From the NCBI GenBank assembly GCA_964016885.1, contig OZ024744.1, forward strand, positions 99,634,001 through 99,698,000: 64,000 nt of DNA, written 5' to 3'. Positions within the stretch are counted from its first letter, which is position 1. Every line of letters begins with the position of its first letter. Positions 52,355-64,000 of this stretch are shown here, in pieces. The notes below the pieces were generated by a model. It saw only the letters and a list, made by a program, of their open reading frames with translations, was not told the DNA's origin and searched no databases. Made by a program: the position numbers and the translations under genes. The stretch is from Eledone cirrhosa (Eukaryota).

Positions 52355-55224
52355 ATAATAATAATAATAATAATGCTTTCTTTATTAACAACAAACTATT
52401 TTTCTTTATTTACACAAAGTAAAACATTAAGGACAATACAGGACGCTACAAATGGGCATTGCTGCATGTAAAAAAAATAAAAACAGAGGATGTAACAAAA
52501 AAAGGAACAATGAAAAATTTCCTAATAGGGGGGAGACTTTCGAGAGACATTCGTGGAGAAAGCCCATTAAAAAAGCCAGAAATAAAAAGAAAGCAACAAT
52601 TCTGATGTATTTTCTTGAAAGATGGTTAAAAATTTTATTAGAAAAAGATTTATCTTCATAATGTGTATAAATGCATAAAAATGTATTGAATATGGCAAAT
52701 GGGGTTTGAAGCTAATCTAACTTTTCATTTACTTATTAAATCACCATAAGAACAAGTTCACTGTTTATTCCCTATTAATCAAAATTATAATGTTTCTGGA
52801 TATAACTGAGAAAAATATGTGATAACGTATATATGACAAAAATGTCACGATAAACAATATTGTTAAGTTGTTCACAAACTGGTCAGTTAGTGAAACTCGG
52901 GAGTTTTGTTGAAATATTGATTTTAAAGCACATCAAAATCCTTCTGATACCAAGCCTGCTAATACGAAGCCGCACTGGTTCTATGCTACAAAACTGTTTG
53001 TTTCTAAAGTGTGCATATTCAAATTTAAACCTTCTATCATAATTTTAACCCTTTAGCATTTAAACCAGCCATATCCGGCCAGAATTCTCTCACCTCTTTC
53101 TGTTTAAACTGGCTGTAACTGGCTGCTTATAGCAATGTTAAGGTATTGTTCTCAAAATAAATAATATCAAAATCTCATAGATTCAATATTATGTGAGGTA
53201 AAGCCTTTACCACAAAAATACATTAGTAAATATAGAATAATGTAAATGCTAAATGTTAAGGTATTGTTCTCAAAATAAATAATATCAAAATCTCATAGAT
53301 TCAATATTGTGAGATAAAGCCTTTACTGCGGAAATACAATAGTAAATATAGAGTAATATAAATGCTAAAGCGTTAAAGTAACAAAATGTTATGTTCCAAA
53401 AACCTGCTTTTAAAGTTCTCCCTCTTCTTTGCCTGTTTATTCCTGTGATGGTCATGGAGGCAGAGTCTTCAAACTGGCCTTCCAGCAGGTCCTGTCAGAA
53501 ACAACTGCTTCCAATTGATCTGGCTGGATCCCCAAGCATGACCAGCAAAGCTCATGGATGTTATTCAACCATCTTGCTGGGGGGTCTACATCTGGATCTC
53601 CTGCCAGTTGCTTTTACCCATAAAAATCTGTCCAGTGATTCTTTTTTTATACATTCTGACTACAGAGCTGTGAGCTCTCAATTCAGCTTAACGCTTTAGC
53701 ATTTAAACCGGCTGTATTCGGCCAGAATTCTCTCACCTCTTTCTGTTAAAACTGGCTGTAACTGGCCACTCATACTGATGTTAGGGTATTATTCTCAAAA
53801 TAAATAATATCAAAATCTCATAGATTTGATATTATGTGAGATAAAGTCTTTACCACAAAAATACAATAGTAGATATATAGTGTAATGTAAATGCTAAAAG
53901 TTTAACAGTGAGAAAGTTGTGTTACTTAATCACTCAACATACTTGACCTGTTAGAATTAGCCAAATTTCCTAAAATTACACATTGGATAATGTAATCTTA
54001 GATAAACTATTTGTGATAAAAAATAAAACAAAAGTTGCTGTCATCACAAATGAAACATTTTTGATCATAAGCTTGCTCAATCAGAACTGACCTTGGGCTA
54101 AATAACACCAAACTTCTTACTAATTAATAAAAATTAAGAGAATTTCAACAACACAAAATAAGTGGTATTTCAATTTAATTGCTTTGTGTTTGTCGCAGCA
54201 GAGTCTAAGTCTCACCCAGGGACCTCATGAGATAGCAAGTTATAAGTTCAAGTGAGCATTATAACTAAGACAGTTGATAACTGCCTTATTTGGTGATAGG
54301 GATTTGTATTTCAATTATGTGGCTTAGGTTTATTATTAAGAGGGCGGTGGATTGGCAGAATCAGTAGAACGTCAGACACCATGTTTTGCAACATAGAGTT
54401 ATGGCCCTTTACGTTCTGAGTTCAAATCCTGCCGAGGTTAGTTTTGCCTTTCATCCTTATGGGGGGTCGATAAAATAAAGCACCAGTAATGCACTGGGGT
54501 CGATTTAATCGACTTTCTCCTCCTCCCCCCAAAATTTTGCAGGCCTTGTGTCTATATCAGTACCATTATTGTTGTTGTTATTGTTAATATTATGATGATG
54601 ATCATCATCAGCACCAGCACCAGTAGTTTTAGCATCATTGAATCTAGCACAGTGATTTTATCAATAACAACAATGTACTCATTTCATGTCTCTCCTTTTA
54701 CTACAATTGTGTTGTGCCATGACATATCCTGGATCATTAGCTCTTGACTGAATTGTTGAGGGTGCCACCATGCCATATAGTGTGTCTTGGGCACATTTAT
54801 TCCTGGCTGTGACCATTCCTTTACCAAGGCTGAACACAGCTGATTTTTGTTTCTAGAGAAATCGAGAGAGTGAATGCAAGAGAGACATAAAGGAAGTAAG
54901 AAAGAGATATTTGGGAATAATTGACCCCCAGTAGTGGACTGGTACTTCTTTTATTGACCTTGAAAGGCAAAGTTGAACTTTGCATGATTTGAACTCAGAG
55001 CACAGAGAGTCAAAATGAATACTGTAAAGGACCGCATGTCAGACATGCGGCCCTTTACAAGCACAGCTGTGGCCTGCTCAAAGGTTTTTACAGCGCGAGC
55101 ATGTTTCATCTTTGTAAAATTAGTTGTAATGTGCGCAATTAGTTGTCGTGTGTGGCCCTCAGACAACACATATGTGACCCATGTGGCCCTCGGGGGACCC
55201 TCAGTTTGACATGCCTGTTGTAAA

Positions 55225-55690
55225 GTATTCTAGCTGTGATCTGTCGGCCAGCTACATTTTCCAGCCTGTGGCTTTCGAGGCGTTTGGGGGAGTCGGGCTG
55301 CTGACTGCGAGTTTCCTCTCTTCACTGGCGGCTCGTCTAATAGAGGTAACTGGCGAATCTGGCGAGGGCGCTTGGTTGTTCCAGCGCATCAGCCTCGCCA
55401 TCACCCGAGGCAATGCTGCGAGTGTGCTGGCTTTCCTCAAAAATCATTAGAGAAGTTGCCCAGTACTCGCGACGTTGCTGTCTTTTGCTCTGGTGTTGGC
55501 TCGGTTGTTCACCACTTCTTTTATATTTTCTTTAATATTGCAACATTAAAGGAATATATCCTTCTGGAAGAATCGCGAGCAATTTATAATGTTATTTAAG
55601 CATTTGTAGTGTTATTCATGTATATATTTAAAACATATTTGTTATGTTATTCTACTGTACATTTATTTATATGCTCCGTATAATAAAAAG
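55225..55690 (+). mobile_element. CRE-like non-LTR 3' fragment
   Basis: FQPVAFEAFGG...WLFQRISLAITRGNAASVL, followed by AT-rich UTR. Confidence 0.7.
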
Positions 55691-56039
55691 TATCCTTTTT
55701 TCTATCTGATATTCTAATAATTCTGCCTGTTAATAGAGTATGGTATCAGAAGTCTAATTTGATGATGTCAGTGTATTATAATACCTGCAACTAATTTAGT
55801 GAAATATGTATCAACTAATTTTACTTTCATGATAGCCAGTTTGCTTACAGAAGTTTTTTTTTTTTTTTTTTTTTTTGGTTTTTTAGTTTGATTTATTTAA
55901 TTGGTTGTATATAAATTTATCAAATAATTATTGTTTACATGTCATTGTTGATCAGCATTTTGTTTAGTTACTTCAAAAATAAATTTCAAAATCTTGCAAT
56001 GTTGAAAAAATATGCCAAGTATTAAATCAATAAAGTGTT

Positions 56040-56254
56040 TTAATGATAAAAACCCCACAGAAAAGTTGCTAAAACCATAAGTAAAACAGCATTTAGATTT
56101 GTAAATATTCTCCATTTTTTCTTTTCTGAGGTGTCAACTGCTTTCATCTCCAACTCTAATTTTTCTTCTTCTGTTAATTCTGGTACATTTTCCATTTTTT
56201 CAATGCCACAAATCCAGTTAAAAGCAGTGACGTACCATTTTCGTGGTTCTGTGT
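56040..56254 (-). CDS. SLC5A (SGLT-like) terminal exon (TEPRKWYVTAFNWICGIE...PELTEEEKLELEMKAVDTSEKKKWRIFTNLNAVLLMVLATFLWGFYH*)
   Basis: ttccAG acceptor, TAA stop. Matches the SGLT1/SGLT4 C-terminus (FCG.E...P..TEEE.....DTSE...WR...N.N.I.L...A.F...Y). The rest of the gene lies beyond the window end. Confidence 0.9.
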
Positions 56255-57050
56255 CTGGAAGTTAAAAGAAATATGAGATTGTACTATACATACACTTTTG
56301 ATGAGATGCAGTGCACCTGAGCACTGTACACAATATTATCATTATTATCATTATTATATATTTTATTGTTTAAAAGATGCTTTAAACTGTGGATATTCAA
56401 CCCTTTCAATACCAAGCCCCCTGACGTTGCCCCAGGTAGCGGCCGATAGCAACTTCTTTTTCCGTCTTTTAAAGGTCTTCATCATATTTTATAAGCTATC
56501 TTTATAGTATTTCTACACTTAACCCTTTATCATTCACATTACTCTATATATACTATTATATTTTCATGGTAAAGGCTTTACCTCGCATAATATCTCACAT
56601 AATATCTCACATAACATTCACATTACTCTATATATACTATTATATTTTCATGGTAAAGGCTTTACCTCGCATAATATCTCACATAATAACAAATCTATGA
56701 GATTTTGAAAGTATTTATTTTGAGAACAATACCTTAACATCAGTATGAGCAGCCAATTACAGCCAGTTTCAACAGAAAGAGGTAGGGAATTCTGGCCAGT
56801 TTGGGCCGGTTTGAACACTTTCTTTATACTTATATATATATATATACATAATTAGAAAGTGAACAACACAAAATATAGCTACTCCATTACCAAAGGTTTC
56901 TGGATCCCAGACAATAATAATATACGTCTGGATCGGTCATCAGACAGAGATGTTATGGATAAAAAATATAAAATGAGATTTAAAATTTGTTAAAAATTGG
57001 AAGTGAGGCTGGAAAAATAAGGGGAAAGATATTTTTTATCTATAACATCT

Positions 57051-57114
57051 CTGTCTGATGACAGATCCAGTCGTATATTAATATTGTCTGGGATCCAGAA
57101 ACCTCTGGTAATGG
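57051..57114 (+). ncRNA. Hammerhead ribozyme motif (mirror copy on - strand about 56885-56947)
   Basis: CTGT-CTGATGA-ca-GATCC...GGATC-ca-GAAA-CCtctGG-TA-ATGG. Stem I is weak (G-U pairs). Confidence 0.6.
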
Positions 57115-57416
57115 TGTAGTTATATTTTGTGTTGTTCACTTTCTAATTAAATAGCTCTGTTCTATACATAGAGCACTCTTTTTTCTTTTGCTTTTCCTTT
57201 GGAATTACCTAACAAACACACACACACACACATATATATACACAAAACTGTTTATTTTTAAAAGTTTAAATTTATCTATAAACCTTTAATCATTATTTTA
57301 TATGAGCACCTTTGTTAAGTTATGTTCTAAATAGCAGCTTTATAATGGAAAAGTTAGTTATATTACTCCAAATTCTTGAGTATTTAAAAAAAAATGATTT
57401 GAGAATCATTGGTTTA

Positions 57417-57474
57417 CTGTCTGAGGAGCTCAGGCTGTCATAACTGATAGTCCCGAGCGAAATATATATAACGG
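57417..57474 (+). ncRNA. Hammerhead ribozyme motif (CUGAGGA variant)
   Basis: CTGT-CTGAGGA-GCTC..gctgtca/tgatagt..GAGC-GAAA-TATATA-TA-ACGG. Confidence 0.7.
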
Positions 57475-57858
57475 ATTTTAATAAACCTGAACCAAATGAA
57501 TAAGGCCTTAAATCTTTTATTGATATATATATATCTGAAGTATTTCCATAGGAAGGGTAAAGGAAGGGCGAGTGCTCTATGTATGTTACAGAGCTATTTA
57601 ATTATGTAATAAACAACATAAGACAATTATTCCATTTACCAAAGGTTTCACAAAGACAGGTGGGCTCAACAGAGTATATATATTTATCTTGTGTTCAATT
57701 GGGGGTAACCACAGTAAGTAAGGTACTCAATGCATAGCAAAGTATAAATATTTAATATAGAAATTACTTCTACAGGGCTAGAACTGTTTCGTTCATACGA
57801 ATGAAACAGTTCTAGTCCTGTAGAAGCCATTTTAATATTAAATATATATATATATATA

Positions 57859-60101
57859 GAATAAGGAAAAGCGAAGTAGTTTCAGATGTTCAAGTCCTTT
57901 AATAATAATGCTGTGATATATATTTCAATGACGACACTGGCCACACTGTTCTGTGTGCGAGTGTCGTGTCATCATCAGACAGCTTGTTACATAATAAGGT
58001 TGTTTCCGAGGCAATCCAAATTGAATCGACATGGGAACGGATGAAGTTCGTGCTTTTGGGTTTTTCATCCGTTCCCTTGTGAGTACCAATTCACCCCCAC
58101 CAGTCTGCGCAAGCGCATGTCCGAAGGAAGTTGACCATTAGCACCGTAGATTTCAACGAAATTCGCTGTCAGTGGCCCACCTATGCCCTGCTAAAGTTTA
58201 CTGCTACCCATCACTACTGTGGCAGTCAGCCGAAAGCAAGAGGGGATGGGAGGGTGTTAGTTTTTATAGGTCATAATACTACCTTTCACTAAGCGTTGAC
58301 AGTAAGACTGACCATCAACTCATAAGGGAAAATAAACTTAATTCTAGGTACTATGGTTTTACATTGTAAGTTAAGAGTGAGAGTTGGAAATAAAAATTAA
58401 AATTAAAAGTTAAAATCCTAAATCAAATATCAGAGATTATAAATTAAACAATTAAAAATTAAAAAATTCTAAATTCAAAAATTTTTTTCAAGTGATAATT
58501 TAGATTGAGTAAAAATATAGATTGAAGTGAGTAAATAATATGGAGAGAGATGTTTAAGTAATAAGTTCTGGGAGGGATTCTAGTGTTACAGTTACTCTAT
58601 CCACATATTGAACAACAGTGCCGTACATTATAACGGAGGGCAAACCACATGGTTCAAGGCATTAGTCAATCTGTTACATGGTCATAATTTCCATCACATT
58701 AAAGGACTTGAACATCTGAAACTACTTCGCTTTTCCTTATTCGATATTTACTCCATCACTCCTATGTGGAAAAAGTACGTTGAGTACTTGAATTGAATTG
58801 CATCAATGTTTACCCTAATAATTTAGCTCCGATTAGTTGAGCGCTCTATGATGTAACCGATATGGTGGAGAAGAGAGGAACCAACCAAGAGCTACCCCGG
58901 AAATTCCCTCTACCATGGGGATGAAAACCCCTGACACTGGAAGGGCGTAATAGTAACTTTCGGCAGGATAAATACGCGGAAACAAAAAATAAGATAAACC
59001 CCTATTTTCCTGCACCAAATCGCATTTGAACAGAGGCCCCCTCAATTCAATCTATACATGGACAGATGGACAATCATATGGATCATTTTACATATATGTA
59101 CTCTGTGTTTTTGCATTTATTCACTATTGGTTCTGTTCTTTTCTTTTCTTTTGTGTACTTTATGTCGTTTTTTTTTATTCTGTTCCATGTGATGGAAATT
59201 ATGACCATGTAACAGATTGACTAATGCCTTGAACCATGTGGTTTGCCCTCCGTTATAATGTACGGCACTGTCGTTAAATATGTGGATAGAGTAACTGTAA
59301 CACTAGAATCCCTCCCAGAACATATTACATAAATATCTCTATCCATATTATTTACTCACTTCAATCTATATTTTTACTCAATCTGAATTATCACTTGAAA
59401 AAAATTTTTGAATTTAGAACTTTTTAATTTTTAATTGTTTAATTTATAATCTCTGATATTTGATTTAGGATTTTAACTTTTAATTTTAATTTTTATTTCC
59501 AACTCTCACTCTTAACTTACAATGTAAAACCATAGTACCTAGAATTAAGTTTATTTTCCCTTATGAGTTGATGGTCAGTCTTACTGTCAACGCTTAGTGA
59601 AAGGTAGTATTATGACCTATAAAAACTAACACCCTCCCATCCCCTCTGGCTTTCGGCTGACTGCCACAGTAGTGATGGGTAGCAGTAAACTTTGGCAGGG
59701 CATAGGTGGGCCACTGGCAGCGAATTTCGTTGAAATCTGCGGTGCTAATGGTCAACTTCCTTCGGACATGCGCTTGCGCAGACCGGTGGGGGTGAATTGG
59801 TACTCACAAGGGAACAGATGAAATACCCAAAGGCACGAACTTCATCCGTTCCCATGTTGATTCAATTTGGATTGCCTCGGAAACAACCTTATTATGTAAC
59901 AAGCTGTCTGATGATGACACGACACTCGCACACAGAACAGTGTGGCCAGTGTCGTCATTGAAATATATATCACAGCATTATTATTAAAGGACTTGAACAT
60001 CTGAAACTACTTCGCTTTTCCTTATTCGATATTTACTCCGTCACTCCTATGTGGAAAAAGTACGTTGAGTGCTTGAATTGAATTGCATCAATGTTTACCC
60101 T

Positions 60102-60106
<5 letters not shown>
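57859..60106 (+). mobile_element. Non-coding Penelope/retrozyme-like element: 841-bp inverted arms plus 123-bp direct repeats
   Basis: 57859-58699 is the reverse complement of 59187-60027. 58699-58822 is repeated directly at 59984-60106. Hammerhead just upstream of the 3' repeat, (TA)n on both flanks. Confidence 0.8.
59903..59976 (+). ncRNA. Hammerhead ribozyme motif (mirror copy on - strand at 57910-57983)
   Basis: GCTGT-CTGATGA-(acgacact..cacac/gtgtg..agtgtcgt)-GAAA-TATATA-TC-ACAGC. Confidence 0.8.
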
Positions 60107-60152
<46 letters not shown>

Positions 60153-60337
60153 CAAATTGTTAAAACGATCAAATTTTAGTTTAGAACATTTATTAGCTGA
60201 CAATTGTTTCTTCCAGAGGGAAGTCTGGAATCATCGGATCATAAGGAATGTTGACCACTGATTCTCCATTTCTTATGTGATATTATACTCTGCTCTGTAA
60301 GAGAATCGAGTACCCAAACAGCCTACTGCATACTGCA

Positions 60338-60372
<35 letters not shown>

Positions 60373-60504
60373 AATGTAATCTCAGTTTTTCGAATATTAA
60401 TAACAACATTCGATTCGTTTGCAATTATGCAAACAAGCCTCATTTTTAAAGCCATGTCAGTAGAATGAACTCTTCATTCTTGCTCTTGTGTTGGCATGTG
60501 AACA

Positions 60505-60554
60505 GAACTGCAAACACTAATGTTTCTGGGTATCACCCTTCATCAGTACAGTTC
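60505..60554 (-). ncRNA. Hammerhead ribozyme motif, paralog of 9388-9437
   Basis: Minus strand GAACTGTA-CTGATGA-aGGGTgatACCCa-GAAA-CATTAGTG-TT-TGCAGTTC. GUU triplet instead of GUC. Confidence 0.78.
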
Positions 60555-61361
60555 ACTGTTCACCTGCCAACTGTCAGAGCTAGTGAAAATATATGCTATT
60601 TTCAAAAATATACAATGACTGATCGGCCTGATTTGCATATTAGCAGATCCACTGATCAGCCAGATTTGCATATCAGCAGACTGGCCAGTCAGTTTCCTGT
60701 ATACGAACGATAAATGGTCGACTTTGCTAAATTCAAATAAAAAAAGAAAATTTTCGCTCTACATGGCTGAATACAATAAATGTAATCTGAGTTTTTCGAA
60801 TATTAATAATTGTTTCTACTTTAGGCACAAGGCCAGCAATTACCCAGTGCATTACTGGTACTTTATTTTATCGACCCCGTAAGGATGAAAGGCAAAGTCA
60901 ACCTCAGCGGGATTTGAACTCAGATCGTAAAGGAACGTAACTATGCTGGAAAGCATGGCGTCCGACCCTCTACTGATACTTCCAATCCACCGCCCTTTTC
61001 GAATATTAATACTAACATTCGATTCGTTTGCAATTATGCAAACAAGCCTCATATATATATATATATATATATATACTTGGAACTCTTTTAACCATCTTTT
61101 GATCTTATATTATATATATATATATATAAATGAAGTAATTCCGTCGGAAAAGTCCAGGAAAAAAGAGTGCTCTATGTAGGTAACAGAGTTTAATAGTTAT
61201 GTAATAAACAACATAAAGCAATTATTCCATTTACCAGTGGTTTCTTAAAAGCAAAAAATTTTGCTTTCAATCATCAGAATGAAAAAATCCTGGTCTATTT
61301 ATTGATATTGGATTCTAATAGAATTCTTTAGAATCCAATATCAATAAATAGACCAGGATTT

Positions 61362-61421
61362 TTTCATTCTGATGATTGAAAGCAAAATTTTTTGCTTTTA
61401 AGAAACCACTGGTAAATGAAA
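61362..61421 (+). ncRNA. Hammerhead ribozyme motif (mirror copy on - strand about 61225-61284)
   Basis: TTTCATT-CTGATGA-TTGAAAGCAAA/TTTGCTTTTAA-GAAA-CCAcTGG-TA-AATGAAA. 7-bp stem I, 11-bp stem II. Confidence 0.82.
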
Positions 61422-61586
61422 TAATTGCCTTATGTTGTTTATTACATAACTATTAAGCTCTGTTACCTATATATATATATATATATAAAATTTTATAGTT
61501 TTGTTCATATAATGAAACAGTTCTAGTCCTGTAGAAGCCATTTCTATATTAAATATATATATATATATATATTCAATTTTATATTT

Positions 61587-61975
61587 TAAAGTAAGATATA
61601 TTTTAAGCAAGATATTATATTTTAAAGTAAGATATTATATTTTAAAGTAAGATATTATATTTTAAGTAAGATATTATATTTTAAAGTAAGATATTATATT
61701 TTAAAGTAAGATATTATATTTTAAGTAAGATATTATATTTTAAAGTAAGATATTATATTTTAAGTAAGATATTATATTTTAAAGTAAGATATTATATTTT
61801 AAGTAAGATATTATATTTTAAAGTAAGATATTATATTTTAAAGTAAGATATTATATTTTAAAGTAAGATATTATATTTTAAAGTAAGATATTATATTTTA
61901 AGTAAGATATTATATTTTAAAGTAAGATATTATATTTTAAGTAAGATATTATATTTTAAAGTAAGATATTATATA
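61587..61975. repeat. 19/20-bp AT-rich minisatellite adjacent to the SLC5A splice donor
   Basis: (AAGTAAGATATTATATTTTA)n, about 20 copies. Confidence 0.95.
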
Positions 61976-61981
61976 ACATAC

Positions 61982-62129
61982 CTTTAGGTGGAGGTGTTGG
62001 AATTTCTTTTGTTTCCGTTAGATTAACTGTTGATCTTTCTGATTCAGAATTCACAGTAAAAACACTTCCTGATTTCTTTAATCGGAGTCTTGAAGGAGCA
62101 TTTCTGGTCCAGTATGTCAATTTATACAA
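61982..62129 (-). CDS. SLC5A (SGLT-like sodium/solute symporter) penultimate exon (LYKLTYWTRNAPSRLRLKK...EIPTPPPK)
   Basis: Minus-strand ttacAG acceptor and GTATGT donor, 148 nt open frame. LYKLTYWTRN resembles SGLT1 LYRLCWSLRN. Phase 1 joins the next exon. Confidence 0.85.
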
Positions 62130-62453
62130 CTGTAATTAATACAGAAAATGAAAATTTATAAAATACTTACTCTCAGCTCCCAAATAAAAGGGAGGGGTTG
62201 GGATTGGAATAATCAGGGTGGGGTAGGAATGGAAAATTGGTAATTTTTCTAGGGTGTCTCTACTGATTTTTTTAAAAACCAGAATTAGTCATTTAGCTTA
62301 TATATTAAGACTCCAACCGAACCTATTAATTTTATAACATATGTGATTTCTAGTAATGTACTTCTTTTGTCATGTATAATGTTTTTTAATGTATAAAGAA
62401 AATTAATTGTTGTAGGAATGCTACTACTTAAAATAATATTTCGCTGGAGATAG

Positions 62454-62683
62454 ATTAACTCTTTAGCATTTACATTACTCTATATTTACTATTATATTTT
62501 CATGGCAAACACTTTACCTCACATATTTATCTCACATAATATCAAATCTATAAGATTTTGATGTCATTTATTTTGAGAACAATACCTTAATGAAGGTATG
62601 AACAGCTGGTTCTAGCTGGTTTGAACAGAAATAGGTGAGATAATTCTGGCCGGATATGGTCGGTTTAAATGTTAAAGGGTTAA
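62454..62683. mobile_element. piggyBac-type MITE (representative copy)
   Basis: TTAA-C(C/T)CTTTAGCATTTA...TAAATG(C/T)TAAAGGG-TTAA. Many copies (about 19421, 21660, 30965, 34481, 53046, 53688, 56520, 63043). Confidence 0.75.
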
Positions 62684-64000
62684 AAAAATTTAAAAAACCA
62701 GGATTTTATGCAGGTTAGGTTGGATGTATTTTATACATGTTGCGAGAGAGAGAGAGAGCGAGAGGCAGTGGGTGGGAGAAAGTGTTTGGTCTCTGTATCT
62801 AATTTATATCAATATCTTCATACATGAGTAGCAAATATAGGCGTAACTAGAGTATAGCAAGCATGGATTTTATGGTTATCTGAAAGATGTGTGTCAGATG
62901 TTTGGGAAGGGCACAGTTTCACCGCTTGACAAGGGCTATTTTCCCTAGTTACGCCTCTGGTAGCAAATATTAACACACATCATGCTTTATGCAATGAGAA
63001 CAATGATTGAATAGAAGAAAACATAGACATGGGTAATATAAATTAACCTTTTAGCATTTACATGGAGGCACATGGCTTAGTGGTTAGAGCATTGGCCTTG
63101 CAATCGAAAGGTTGTGAGTTCAATACTGAGACCGGATGATGTGTTGTTTCCTTGAGCAAGACACTTTATTTCACATTGCTCCAGTTTACTCAGCTGTAGA
63201 AATGAGATGATAGGGACTGGGGTCCCTATCATTCCACTGCAAAGTGGTCGTGGAGGTGCCACAGCAAAAAAGCACCCAGCACTCACTGTAAATGGGGTTG
63301 GTGTTAGGAAGGGCATCCAGCTGTAGAAATCAAGCCAGGATCAGTTCCCGTCCCACCCTTGCAAATAGGGAAAAAAGTGGACGTAAAATGAAATAATGAA
63401 TGATGATGATGATGATTACTCTATATTTACTATTGTATTTTAACAGTAAACACTTTATTTCACATAATTATGTTACATAATATTGAATCTACGAGATTTT
63501 GATATTTATTTTGAGAACAATACCTTAACATAAGTATGAGTCACAGCCAGTTTGAACAGAAAGAGGTGAGAGAATTCTGGCTGGGTATAGCCAGTTTAAA
63601 TGCTAAACCAGCTATATGAAGCCAGAATTCTCTTACCTCTTTCTGTTCAAACTGGCTGTAACTGGCTGCTCAAACTTATCTTAACCCTTTAGTATTTAAA
63701 CCAGCCATATCCAGCCAGAATTCTCTTACCTCTTTCTGTTCAAACTGGCTGTAACTGGCTGCTCAAACTTATCTTAACCCTTTAGTATTTAAACCAGCCA
63801 TATCCAGCCAGAATTCACTTACCTCTTTCTGTTAAAACCAGCCATAACCAGCTTTTCATACTTATTTTAAAGTATTGTTCTCAAAATAAATAATATCAAA
63901 ATCTTGTAGATTCGATATTATGTGAGATAATTACCGTGAAAATACAATAGTAAATAAGGGTTAAGGAAGGGCATCCAGCCATAGAAACAGTTCTGTATAA

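Noticed and set aside
60195-60241. Additional minus-strand hammerhead (TTCCAGA/TCTGGAA stem II, GAAA-CAATTG-TC)
   Set aside because: The core reads CCGATGA and stem I does not pair. It is probably a dead relic, so it was not counted.
63063-63140. tRNA-Cys gene (GCA anticodon-like loop)
   Set aside because: It is the head of a multi-copy SINE. The acceptor stem is not formed and it continues into the SINE body.

Overview
AT-rich, microsatellite-rich eukaryotic (animal) genomic DNA. The SINE, RTE and Penelope content resembles an octopod cephalopod, but this is an inference only. There are two convergent intron-containing genes. The first is a complete 8-coding-exon spermidine synthase-like gene (SRM, + strand, CDS 19197-39721, 290 aa). 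The second is the last two exons of an SLC5A sodium/glucose-cotransporter-like gene (- strand, 56040-62129). The rest is mostly mobile DNA: RTE, CR1, Tx1/L1, CRE and R4/Dong non-LTR fragments, Penelope-like RT/GIY-YIG fragments, two Helitrons, hAT- and piggyBac-type MITEs, two SINE families and several minisatellites. The most striking signal is a dense set of at least 11 sequence-diverse type-I hammerhead ribozyme motifs (CUGANGA...GAAA...UH, mostly with palindromic stem III). They lie in short non-coding, (TA)n-embedded elements that often carry a mirror-image copy of themselves (fold-back arms up to 841 bp), several of them inside introns of both genes. Repeat boundaries are approximate. 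Exon and ribozyme coordinates were counted by hand.
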